Of a stretch of 64,000 nt of DNA, positions 38,456 to 53,400 are shown piece after piece. The stretch's first letter is position 1. Every line of letters starts with the position of its first letter. The notes beneath the pieces are model-generated. The model was given only the letters and a program-made list of their open reading frames with translations, had not been told where the DNA came from and did not search any database. The stretch covers positions 1,550,001-1,614,000 of the forward strand of contig NEEC01000004.1 in the NCBI GenBank assembly GCA_002189035.1, given 5' to 3'. This DNA comes from Utricularia gibba. Taxonomy: Eukaryota; Plantae; Magnoliophyta. A program made the position numbers and the translations under genes.

Positions 38456-39271
38456 AACGCACACCTTGATGTCTCTATCGACACCTACATTACAACCTCA
38501 GATACTCATTATCACACAAAACACACACAAACCAGCTACATGCATATCAATCACTACCCAACTCACTTGACGCATACGTATGAACAAAACCGCAGGCTTC
38601 AACTAGAGATCACAGGAATCTCAAAACTCCGGAAACCAAACCAGTAAAACTTTCTTTTTTTCGAAGGAAGTAAAATGTAAAGAACTTGAAATTGGTTCTT
38701 ACACCAGAAAATGAAAAAGGAGAGACATGTAACCAAACCTCAAAAACGTGGAAGCAAATGCCGGTGTGGCGCTGTGTCCGCCGGAGAATCCTGTTCAGAG
38801 TTGCGGCGAGAATGAGCAACAGCAACGACGAAGAACTCCAAATGCACGCAAAAATGTAGCTCAATTTAAAAGCTGGGATCCAGAGAAACGACAGCCGTCG
38901 GATCAAGCCACTGCCAGCCGGTCATCTGACCTTTAGTGCAGGAGAGTTTTCTGCCAAGTGGTAGCATACAAATTGGGCCGACGCCTCTCTCAATTCGGGC
39001 CTACAATGCAGGCCCATTTGAGGGCTGCGGCCCGCGACATTAACCCAAGTTTCACCACTGTTAAAAGGTAAAAGTGAAAGTGCATTTACTGGAGTCCATT
39101 AATTTATTAATTAACTCCTGCGCCATGTCCAGTCAACGAGACCCATCTCTTCCTTGAATTACTGTGCAGTTCAGTGCACAGGTATTTTTCTACACGGTGA
39201 AGTGAAGCAGCTCAACTCACGCAATCGCTTCAGTTTCTTTCGATGCTTTCTTCCTGAAGTTTTCTTTGAAG

Positions 39272-40514
39272 ATGCCGAGGCCAGGGCCGAGACCGTACGA
39301 GTGCTTTCGAAGAGCTTGGCATAGCGACAGACATCAGCCACTCAGGGGTTCTTTGATTCAAGAAATTTTCAGGTGCCTCCTTTTCTGGTTTTTTGATTCT
39401 CTAACAAGGTCATTTGTTTGCTGTTTGATTCAGTGTTTTCGGTGCTTTAGGATGGTCAACGAGGTCCATTCTAGCTCTACGAGGAAGAACAAGGAGTGGC
39501 AGGAGAAATTCCCAATTGTTGTTCTTAGAGCTGAGGAGATTTTGTATTCCAAAGCTAATTCTGAGGTGGGTATTGTTTGCTTTTATATAAGATCTCTGTG
39601 GTATGAACATGAATTTCTTGAACTTTAACGTTTTGTGGTTTAGGCTGAGTATTCAGACCTTACAACTCTTTGGAATAGAGTGAATGATGCCATTGACACC
39701 ATAATTCGTAGAGATGAGACAACTGAAAATGGACAACTCTTGAGACCATGTATTGAAGGTATTGTAGAACTCCATTTGTTGATGTTGCCCAACTCTTGAG
39801 ACCTTGTATTGAAGCATTGCTCTAAAGTAAATTGCTGGTATTGCCCCTTGCTGAATGAATGCGTCTTCTTAATTTTTAGCTGCACTGCATTTGGGCTGCA
39901 CACCAAGAAGATCATCTAGAAGTCAACGCAATGATTCTCCGAGAAATTACCTTAGCCATGGCCAACCGCAGCCTTCTTCTGTTCCAGAAACACACAATCA
40001 TACAGCCAGTAGTCCTCTGATGCCACGTTGTCCGCAGTTTCCATTACTGAGTACCATGAATTCGAGCTTAATGACTCAGAGCTCAGCTTCTAACTGCATC
40101 AAGAAGCTTCCCATTTCAGTGGAGAGTTTTTGTCCTAGAGATAAACGCATTCCCACTTCAGGGAAATGCTCAATGGATGCATCAAATACATGGTCTGTAT
40201 ACCCGTTGTATTGTAACGTCCAAGCACCACCTAGTGAGCCACCATTGCCTATGCTCAATCCTTCAGCTACAAACACTCACCCTATAGGGGGTCATAACCT
40301 TTTTCTTCAGCGCAATTTTGCCCCCTTTGATCGAGATCCTTCAGGGTTTGGTTTACCTGCAAATCGTGAGCATAGTTTCATGGACAAGAAGCATGGTGTT
40401 GAGTGTGATTTAACACTTCGGCTGGGTTCGATTGTGGTTCCAGGTGAGTGTAAGGAGAACCAACAGATGGAAATGGGAAAAGCAGGCTCATTCAATAACT
40501 ATGTCAACAAATGA
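39272..40514 (+). CDS. Plant KIX-domain-like protein (At4g32295/At3g24150-like)
   Basis: MPRPGPRPYEC..RAWHSDRHQP.RGS, KNKEWQEK.PIVVL.AEEILYSKANSE, VNDAIDTIIRRDE, C-terminal CDLTLRLG (EAR-like). Confidence 0.88.
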
Positions 40515-41162
40515 GCTGAAGGTTCTGATTTTCCATGATGGAGAGAGGCTTGATTTAGAAGAAATGAGAAATCATGGGGTAGAATATGTACAGCTAATGA
40601 GTGCATTTGGATGTGAGTTTGTGGATCTGAGATGAAGAGGATTAGCAACTGCTTTCAGTGCTACAAGCTGACCTTAATAAATGTCTCTCCTGTGATAGAT
40701 TTTGATCAGATTCATGTCCTTGTATGAGGAATGTCGAACTTGTGCTCTTCACTGGGCAAATCTATGCGGATGCAGTGTTTTATATATTTGAATCTGCTTA
40801 TGGTTCAATTGTCTCTTGGGGCCTGCTATTTCTTTTCATATCTGATAGCCTATTATGATTCCAAGCTTCACTTAATAAGTTTTCGACGTACACCACACAT
40901 GCATGAGATTTTTCCTGTCATGATTCGTGTTAATTTGGCATTGTGTGCATAGGTTGGAGGAAAAAAGAAATGCAGAAGACAAGAAACGAACATAAAAATC
41001 TTGGTTGAAGCAACACAAAGATTACCAATATGAATTCCATGAACATAGTCATTGTTCTCAAACGGAAATTCGATAACAATCAGGATATGCTTTCAAGTCT
41101 CGCGAAAGATGAATGAAAATTGAACATACCGAACTGTTTAAAACCCTCACATGTTGAATCTC

Positions 41163-42904
<1,742 letters not shown>

Positions 42905-42951
42905 CTTGCGCGCCGCCCCGCTCCTCTCAGACAGCCGCGAAGAGAGACCAA

Positions 42952-43005
42952 AAACCTAATTTGTGACTAATTTGCCTTTGGGCTCTCAGAGCCTCTTATT
43001 GGGCC
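42952..43005 (-). promoter_or_regulatory. Telo-like box and two site II elements upstream of RPS4
   Basis: AAACCTAAT near 42952-42960, TGGGCT near 42979, TGGGCC near 43000; typical of ribosomal protein promoters. Confidence 0.55.
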
Positions 43006-43563
43006 TCACAACTGACTGATCCAATCCTAGGCCTTTTTTTTTCTAAGGAATAATATATATATATTACATTATTTATATTTATATATTGCATGAAGAAATG
43101 TTCATTAGTGAGTTAATTACAAGCCTAAAATCAATGCTTTAAATTACCAAGTAAATCGTTAATATCTTTATGAATGATTCGTAATTTGGACGATTCAATC
43201 GTATTTCAAATCATGAATGAATTGCTAATTTTTTATGTTTTACTTACCAAGAAATAAAATGGTTAATTTAAAAACTAGATCGCAAATCAATCCAATTATA
43301 TTTTAATTATAATTAGATCGTGATTCATTTTTTCTATTTGAAATATTGTCTAATAGTGAACCATTAAATATTGGCTCCATGAACAACACGCCACAAATTA
43401 AAAGTAATTTAATTATTGGTTAATTATTATTTTATTCATGATGAGGGTTTCTTCTAGTTTTAGCTTTTTAGGTTTCACCTAGTGTCCGCTTTCGGATCCG
43501 TTTCGCCGTGAAACAGTGGCGGAAACTTCCTGAGGCTGAAGCAAGCTTTCACTCATAATCGCG

Positions 43564-44594
43564 ATGGCAAACGCTGGGGGGACAGTCGAAGCCAAAGGAA
43601 AGTGGAGAAATCTGTCCAAATACGCTTCTCGCATCTATTTCCTCCTCATCATTCTTCAGGTGCCCCTTTTCAGGTCATCATTTTAATTGCCCTGTCACTT
43701 CGATGTAGATGTGAATCCTTTGTCGTCTCTGCTCTGATCCAATTACAAGTCAACCCGGATCGCAAAATCTGTTCTCTGCTTTGGTTCCCCGAGATCGATT
43801 CAGTGAATTTCTGGAACTTCTTTTTGATTGATTTTCGCAGGGTTCAGTGCTTATCGGGGATATGCAAAACTCCGATTCATGTCACTTCTTCCCAATTGAT
43901 CGCTAGTGGTGTATTCCCTCTCCCAGTTGTGAAAGCCCTTCTGTATCCAGGAGCTATTATCAACGCTCTTATAACAAATATGAGTGTGCCCACTTGGGAT
44001 CATCTGCAGAGTGCATATAACTTGACTCACATAAAGGATGCTTCTGCTCCGGTTGATGTCCAGCGATTAGAGGTAAAGCCTTTGTTTTCCTAGAGCATAA
44101 ATTCATCAACCTTTATTGGAACTTACTAGAGATAACATAAACTGCCAACCTAGGCTTCCTTCCGTATCAAGATACACTCCTTGGTTCATTGGCTTGAAAC
44201 AGGCATTTGAGCTACCCAAATTGAAAAAACCTTCAGTGATATATCTGTTCGAGTCTTGTTCTAAACTGAAGCAGTGTTTGTCGTGCAGGTTCTAGCTGGA
44301 AGTTACTTCTGTGTGGCTGGTTCCCTGATTGGGATCATAAAGCCAGGTAGGATGAGCATGTTTGGAACACTTTTGGTTATATGGGGTCTGGTGAAGGAAG
44401 GGATTCTCGGGAAGCCTGTCAACACAGATCCCACGAAAGGTGTGTTTGTTTACCCGACAATGCTGGTTGCGTTGATCTGTGCATTTGCTTCAGTGAAATA
44501 TGATCTCAAGAAGGTTTCCAGAGGCAGTCAGGCAGCAGCTCCACGATCTGTTCCCACTCTTCTAAAGCCCTCGTCTAAGTCGAAGCTTAAGTAA
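43564..44594 (+). CDS. Conserved plant multi-pass membrane protein of unknown function, 3 exons
   Basis: KYASRIYFLLIILQVPLFR-VQCLSGICKTPIHVTSSQLIAS..KALLYPGA and VLAGSYFCVAG..PGRMSMFGTLLVIWGLVKEGILGKP..VYPTMLVAL..KSKLK*, joined by GT-AG introns. Confidence 0.85.
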
Positions 44595-45088
44595 TCCAAG
44601 CGTGACCACATGGATGATATACTCGTCTTCTTTGTTTGCTTCATCTCAAGGACTTCCTTTCAACTCCATGGATTCGGGATCCAGGCCCGAAACTACTAAA
44701 CTAGAGTAGCATGAAGAGCGATCTTATGAACTAATAATGCATTCATAGAAGTAAGTTGTGTTTACAGTATGAATATGCATCTTACAGAAAAATCATACAA
44801 TGGATATGTGGGTAAGTGATGACATGGATGTCATTGGCCCGTTTTGTGCAATGGATTTGATCTTTTTTTAATGATTTCCTGTAATACTAAATCCATCAAC
44901 TTCCCTATCCTCATTTTTGTTTGTGTGAGAAAATTCAGCCCCGAGTCAAACGGCTAATCCCCCATGTTTGTCTCCGCCATGGCCGATGCAAAATGCTGTC
45001 TTTTTTTGCGCCACAATCATCTACCAGGCTCTGATCACAAACAGCACCCACCAACATTTCCCTTGAAACGAATGAACTCCAAATCAGG

Positions 45089-47123
45089 ATGACGATAATC
45101 CATGAGAATGGCGTTAGAGCTAGCGCATTTGTGGGAATGTGCCTTGTGTTTTCTGGGATTTTCTTCGAAACTTCCCATGCAGATTTTGACTATCAAACTG
45201 CACTTGCGAAGTCCATCATCTTCTTGGAAGCTCAAAGATCAGGAAAGCTTCCGGCTGATCACCGTCCCTCATGGAGAGGAGATTCCGCCATGGAAGATGG
45301 CAAGCTTGCCAACGTTCGTTTGTCGGAAATAAGTTTCTTACAGCACGCTTTTCTCGACGCAGCTGATTGTTGTTTTCAGGTGGACCTGGTGGGAGGATAT
45401 TATGATGCCGGGGACAATGTGAAGTACGGGTTCCCGCTAGCGTTCACGGTTACCACCTTGTCGTGGGCGGCGATCGCGTACCGATCGGAGATCCAGGACG
45501 CCGGACAACATAAAAAGCTACAGGATTCCATTCTATGGGGGACAGATTATCTCCTGAAAGCCAGCGAGCAGAGCAATGTTTTGTATGTGCAGGTATCATG
45601 CATGTCTTCAACGTCGGCTATCTTTCTCTTGCTACTAATCGCAGGGACTTCAAACTGTTTTGTTGAGGTGGGAGATCCAGGAAAGGATCATGAATGCTGG
45701 ATGAGACCAGAGAACATGAAAACTCCTCGGACTGTACTGAAGATTGATGCGCAAACGCCAGGAACTGAGATTGTGGCCGAAACTGCAGCCGCATTGGCAG
45801 CAGCCTCAATTGTCTTTCACCATGTTGATCCATCTTATGCTCGTCAGCTTATTGATAGAGCTGAAAAGGTTGCATCTTGTCAAATGGAAAAGCAACCAAG
45901 ACTATGCCTATAATATGATAACAACATTAGGATGATTCCTTTGTTCCTTTTCTCCTGCACAGCTCTTCAAATTTGCCAACACACACAAGGGAACATATGA
46001 TGGAGAGTGCCCCTTTTACTGCTCAAGCTCCGGATACAATGTAATTTCTCCATTCTCCGGTTGATCATGGCTTGGTTTTGTGGGGCTTCATGAATCATTT
46101 TGTGCAGGATGAGTTGCTATGGGCAGCAGCATGGCTTTACAAAGCAACAGGTAGTTCAAGCTACATGGATTACATACAAGAAGAAGCTGTTAGTGCAAGT
46201 GTTTCAGAATTTAGTTGGGATCTCAAGTATGCTGGAGCCCAGATCATGCTTTCTGATGTAAGATTTCGACTTTTATTCATCTCTGCCGTTATGTATTGCT
46301 GGGTGGAGAAAGCACAAAGAGAGACAGCAACTTGTGTTGAAGTGCAGTTCTACTTAAAGGGCCATAAGGATCTGATACATTTCAAGGAACAGGCTGACAG
46401 CTTTGTTTGCTCGGTGCATCCTGAAAGCCCATACCACCAAGTTTACATCACACCAGGTATTGAACTGCACTAGTCACCACTACACTGTTCGAAAAAAGGA
46501 TCTGAATTGCCATTTTTTGCATGGAAGGAGGATTGATTCACCTAAGAGATGGAGCCAATAGCCAATATGTAACAAGCACTGCCTTCTTGCTCAGTGCATA
46601 CAGTGACATTTTAGCTAAATATAAACAAAGCGTTGTCTGTGGAGACAAGCAAATCACACCAACTCAGCTTATGGATTTTGCCAAGCAGCAGGTCAAGCAA
46701 AGCATCTATTGCTCTAGATTTTCGACTTTTTTGCATAAGCAAAACAAGCTCTGCACATTTCTAACGGAAATATGGACAAAATATGCACAGATTGATTACC
46801 TCCTTGGCAATAACCCTAGAGGAATGTCATACATGGTGGGATTTGGGAGCAAGTGGCCAAAGCAAGCACATCACAGAGGCTCCTCGGTGCCAAAACTGTC
46901 TCCAAATGCAGAAATCAACTGCCCCATGAGCTTCATGTATTGGTACAACACAAATGAAGACAACCCAAATGAGCTAACGGGTGCGATTGTTGGTGGACCA
47001 GATAATAAGGATTTCTTCCAAGACAAACGCTCAAACTCAGCCATGACCGAACCTACCACTTACATCAACTCTTTGGCTATTGGAGTGCTTGCAAAACTCG
47101 CCAAACTTCATGCCGCATCATGA
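45089..47123 (+). CDS. Secreted endo-1,4-beta-glucanase, GH9 class B, 8 exons
   Basis: Signal peptide, EAQRSGKLP, DLVGGYYDAGDNVKYG, DELLWAAAW, DYLLGNNP..SYMVGFG..HHRGSS, GAIVGGPD, EPTTYIN. Confidence 0.96.
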
Positions 47124-47457
47124 ATTTAATCATCTTCAACAAAAATGACCAACTTCACTTTCATTTTTTCCTTAGAAAATGCACATCTTCTAATACACAA
47201 ACAACCAATGAATTTAAGATCCAATTAGACACTACCTACCTGCATCATGTATTTACAACATGACCTTGGCACAAGCAAGCATCTGGAAGTACTGTCTGAA
47301 AAGTGACAACCAACCGTGTGACCCCTTCCTAATAAGCTAACGGGCATTAGCCTACACGCCAAGTACGTCTTCTTCGCTCGGCTTGCTGATGAGCAATGGC
47401 TGCGGCTGATGATAAATCTTGCGTACAAGCTGATTCAAACAAGCCATGGAAGAAGGT

Positions 47458-50400
47458 CTACTTGGGCAACTCTGCAGATAATTCAGTGAAGGATTTTGGG
47501 AGCTCTACATCGGAAGGATCGATGGTAGGAATCGCCAAGTAAAGATCTTCCGTGGAGAAGGGAATGCTGCAGCAGAGACAAAACACAGAACATGGCATGA
47601 TTGATTTCGATGCCTTAGACATACTGGTTTGTCTACAGAAGCTCACCTGAGGTCATCATCTAGTAAGAATGAATTCGAAGATGATGAGTTTTGGGAATCA
47701 TCACTTAAAATTTCCCTCATCTTAGTAACAACCTGCAGAAAAGGGAAGAAGATGAGAAACAACAAAAAAACTGTGGACAGGAGATGACAGAATCGATGTC
47801 CAACAACTTGCCTCATTCGAAACGCTCTGGGTCCCAAATTTTCCATCCCAGTACATTGTGCTGATGCGGTAGATCTGCCTCACGGTTAATTTCTGAAAAT
47901 TTTGGTAGTCAAAGATAGGATCAAAAACCAGCACCCAATACAAGGAACTATGGGAAGAAAGGTCTTAAAGAACGGAAAAAAAAAAAAAAAAAAACTTCAT
48001 CTTAGTTTCATAAGCCATACCGGACAGAGATCTTGCCGTATCTCATCCAAAGACTTCTTACTTTTCTGGTGTATTACCTAATTATGGGACCACAATTACA
48101 ATCAACTACAAATTGATGGATGAACCCTTCACAATCAAAAAATCAAAGCTACTTGTTGAGCCATACCAAGAAACCAACTGCTTGCCTAATTTCACTTAGC
48201 TCATGCCAAGAAGTTCCAGCAAACTGCGTTCAAAGATTGGTTGCATAATGCGAACTCTAGATTGCATAAGAAAGGGGAAAAGGAAAATATTCCCGACTAC
48301 CTCTTCCGTTGCATTGACTATCCATTTTTCCAACTCAGCAAGACCAGATTTGACATATTCACCATTCAAAAATGTGCAACATTCACGTCGAAGAAGAAGA
48401 CTGCAACCATGTGAATGGAAAATTATATCATTTTTTTGGTAAGGACGTTTAATGAAACTTAGAATAAGAAAAATACCTGTTGAATAATTGTATATTGATA
48501 AAAGAGAACACCTGTGTAATAAGCTTCTTGATCAAATATGAAGGAACCTGGAAATTAATTCAACCACCAACATCAGCCAATTCACAGGGGAAGAAAAGAA
48601 AAATATTAACTTAATTATGAGAGAAACACACACATAATTTATCTTTAAAAGATCCATTAAAGAGTCCAAGAACTTGACGATGCTGTCCCACTCACAACTT
48701 GATGGATGGTGAGGGGCACCGGCAGGTGATCTAGAGGACTTTTCGCCATGAACTCGTTTATTCTTTGGAGCCTTTGGAAACACCAAAAATACAAGATTAA
48801 CAAAAACGCAGGTACAGCAAACTTTGTTACCCTGGATTAAGTGCAACCACAAAATCTGGAAAAGCACCTGAATGCACAATGTCAGTAAGGAAAGTATTTC
48901 TTTCTTCTGGTTGTCCCGTATCAAACCAAATATCTTCTCAACACAAGCAGTAAGCTGCTGCTTGAATAGCATTGCAGGATATTTAGCTTCCATATGAGAC
49001 AACCCATCATCAACACCACGGTACTTGAAAGATGACTTTGGGCCCTGTGGAACAAACAAAATATTAAGATTCATCAGAGATGAATGTTTTGATAATGTGC
49101 AAATACGAGCCCTAGAAGAAATTTTGTGTGAAATTAAGCTCAAATCTAATAAAAGAACTGAACCCAAACCCTTACCATGTTGAGAAAAAAGTACTAAATC
49201 GACTAATGCTTGAACCCTTACTTAAAATATCAGAGAAATTTAAGATCATTCAACATACTTGTAAGCGTCTTGTATTAATTGCTGTGGATCCAACTGGACG
49301 CTGAGAACCAGCAGTCAAAAAACCATTAGACTGCAGTTTCCTTTGGACAAGGCAAAGAAGTGCAGATGCATTTGATAACCAGTATGGTAAAGTACCATTA
49401 TCATCACCATCCTGAAATAAAGGGATATCTATTATACATCATCCAAAAGTTTGTAACGTGATAATACCCAGGAAGCCATATGACAAAGAATCAAACAATA
49501 ATGCTTACAGCTTCATATGTACAAACAGAATCTAGTTGCACAATTTAAGCTATAAATTAAAAGACTGAAGATAAAAATATCTTTACTCATGCCATTTCAT
49601 GTTTCCATTCATTAATTTATACCTTCAAAACATCAGTGATGCCAGCAATAAGCGAGTCAAAAATAGAAGTTCTCTCATATTCAAAGGCATGCCATTGAAG
49701 GAGGCAGTTGTAGATGACACAAGCAGCTACCGGTTTGCCATCTTTGAAGCCTAAGTTCTCCTTTATGCACTGATTAAGAATCTCCAGGTTCTCCTATTTT
49801 CACAAACAGGTTCATCAATTGCCTCATTTACACGGACGTCATTAAGTCCAGTCATAATTCTTTAACGCAATTGAAACAACAATCAGTACGAGATACCTGA
49901 TTCCTTACAATCCCTGTTCTAGTTCTGACGGTATCAGAAAATCCACGTGACAACTGAGCAATATATTTGGAAGGAGTAGGTGATTCCTGCACACACATAT
50001 ACATGCATAATAAAGAGTAACAATTACAAGAAAATCGTCAAATGAGGGAAGTTGTTGACCACACCAAAGGTTTGTCAGAAACTTACGTAGGACTTTTTAT
50101 CATCAGAAAGAACAAGTGCACCAAAGAATTTCTGTTTTTAACATAAAGCAAAAACAGGTCAAATAATAGGCATATGCATAAGCATCTGATAAAAATATCA
50201 CCATAATGGAGGCATTTACATTGATATCTCCGTTTTCATTACTCTTTGGAGAGACATTTAAGTTCCTTTGGCGCAGGATGGTGTTCTCACGTTCAAGAGT
50301 TGACACCTTCTCTTTCATGCTGAAAACAAAAGAGTAAATAACTTAACAGTTTCAAGCACATCAGACACGTGAGAGTGCATCTGAAAATATACAGTTGTGT

Positions 50401-53400
50401 AGCAAATCTTTCAAGGCTCACAAGTCACTTTTTTTTTCTTTACCAAAATATGAAGCAACAACTGCAATAAACTCAAAAAACCTTCTGAATACCTTAGCAA
50501 ATTTTGATGCAACTCCAAACTTCTTCTATCAACCTCAGTAATGGCACTTGCTCTAACTTGCTTAGCCTGAGAAAGCTCAGACTCCAACAGGATCCTTTTC
50601 TCTTCTAATGTATTAATAGTCTTCTGCAGAACATAGTTTGGGTCATCATTAAGTTACTCTCGTGGTCATTCAATAGCATGCATGCTTTCAAAATAATTAA
50701 ACATCTTAACAATAGCAGTAGATTTTTACTGAAAATCATACTAATTCAGAAAAAAATGCATACAGCACACACAAAAAAATTAAATAGAAAACCGAGTCAG
50801 ACAAGAAACCACAAAAAAATATAGAAGTAAAATACCAACAGTTAGAGAGAAATCAAACGTGTTTAATTTTCTGAAACGATAGTTGGAATAGGAGGAACAA
50901 GACTCTTATCCAAAAAACTAGGATGCAAAGAAATGCAGGAACAAATTTCCTGTAAAAAACAGAATTTAAGCCAAAAAAATTGCCAAACAAGACAAGTACC
51001 TTCATACGCAAATTTTCATTCTTCAATTCCACCAGTGGAATATTCTCCTTTTCAATAGCACATTTCTCCTTAACAACCAATTCAAGTTGCCTTTCCAACC
51101 CTGCACTCCTGTTGGTCTCATTGAGAATGGCGAGTTTTGCAGATTCTAATTCCAGTCTCAGAGATTCCACTGTCTTTTGAAGCTTTGTGATTTCAATTGA
51201 TTTAGCCTCCTCATTTGACACCTGTTATTCAAAACAGCAATAAACATAAGTGGTGAAGAAAAATGGCGACAATTTCAAAATAGAACAGTAATTATATTCA
51301 TTCTGAAGTACTGTTTAAGAGTGTAGGATAGGACTCTAGTAATAAATAGAAGAATGTTGTTGTGTACACGAAAAATAAAACCACCATTTCCAAGATCATG
51401 TAATAAAAGTAACTAATCATAAATGCTCGAACGTGTTGTGCAATACTCAAAAAGCATTATTGGATTTTATTCTTCATTTTGAACGCGCAAGAACATAATA
51501 GTGCAAGATAATGACTCCAGATAATAATAGCCATCATCATCATTTCAGACAAAATATGGAAACCAGAAACTAGTGCAAGAAAAATAACTGAAAAAAAAAA
51601 GGAAGAGAAAGGAACCGGAAAGAAAAGGAATGGTTGTTCAAAAAATGGTTCCCTAGAAAATGGGTTTACAAGTTCTGGTGATAACAAAATTCGAACCCGT
51701 AATTTTTTCTCCAGATGCAAGCGCCAAGTTAGATCTTCCAGCTGCTTTTCAAGTTTGCTTTTTGCCAAACGAAGAACACCAGCTTCATTCGCTTCCTGAA
51801 AAAAAAACATCGCAACATTATATTAACTACAAAGTGGCATAGTGCAATTACAGGTCAGTAAATTTATAAAGAAGTGCAGCAACTTCAACCATGTAAGGAT
51901 TGGAAAATTCAATTCAAAGAACCTTATGGACAAACAAACTATGCAGCTTTAATTATATTGGAAAAGATCCAGAAGCATTTTTCCAAAATATGGCAATTAT
52001 TATCTAAAGTCTAGCTTTGCCACTATGCTCTTGTATGTGGAAAACTCAAACCCATCATACATTGATCAAGATGCATATCAAACTTTTTGGTTATTAATTA
52101 CCCTGTCGTAGGGCTGCATCCTACTTTGAATACTAATTAGGTTCGACACTCTCAATTTTGATGCACACCACACAAGCGAATGGTAGAGAATCAGACTTGA
52201 ACGACTAGAACAATAAAAAGATCATTTCTTGAAATGGTTTAATCTAAACTTGCTCTCTAACCTTTTTTAGCCTCCTGAGTTCTCTCTTGGCCATTTTCTG
52301 CCTCCAGCGACATTGTATTGCAATAATTTTGGATTGGCGACTATGGTAGAGAGAGAAGACCTGGAACATGCGCCACTGGGCCTGGGAAAGGATAATATAA
52401 TGGCAGTTTTTCAATGAATTAACTTAATAAGAAAAATGAAGTAAAAAAAGTTGGACTACACCAGACAAAGAAAAAAATAGAGTCGGTAGCACCATAAAAT
52501 AATAGAAGAATACCAATATAGTAGTCAATATAAGCACCTGAGATTCCCAGGGCTCTAAAAAGGCAATTTGGAAAAACAGTCAAACTGGAAACAAATGCAT
52601 GCCTGGATGACAGTGGCCGCTTTGTTTTCCTTCATGTGCAAAAACTTTTGACGCAATAAGAAACCACGAGTGACCGATTGTATGAGTACAGAAGCCCCAT
52701 GAATTTGCTTGTATAAATGTCTGAAAAACCAAAGTCTAAAGCATTTCTGGATTACTACAGCGGCAGCTGTTTCACGCATGGATGCAAACCCTTTGCGAGC
52801 AACATAGCCTGTCAATGTCAAAATTATGTGAGTACAGACCTTGTCCAGAGGGGCTGACCTATATATTCATCTGCTCCTCTTTTCAACTGAGTTATTGATA
52901 ATTTTGTGGTTTTCTTTTGTTTTTGTACCCCTTTAGCGGAAAAATAACACCATGTACTTTACGTCAATGTTACCTCGACAACATGATTGTAGGGAAATTG
53001 CAGCAGCTCGCCAACAAAGGAAGTTCCTTCGGGCAATAAATTTGCGAAGATGGCACTGTATGTACTTTGCAGCATAATCAATCACTTCTGCTCGGTGTAA
53101 ATCCAATGCGCCTATTTGACCAGCTCTGAGAAAAACTTTGGTCTTCCCCAACTGACCAAGAAAAGTAAAAACAAATGGGTTGTGTCTGCCCAAAGAAAAT
53201 GACACATGCATGTTTGCAGTATAAAAAATATAAATCAGCATAAACTTAGAAGATCGCAGTTGTAGCATACCTGAAAGTTTCCAAGCTTTAGTCTCTGCAA
53301 TATTTTTATGGTCATGGTTTTATCATCATAACTGAAAACAGATTAAAATGAGTACGTGCATTCAAATGAAATAAAATAAACTCATCAATGTACAGATGAC

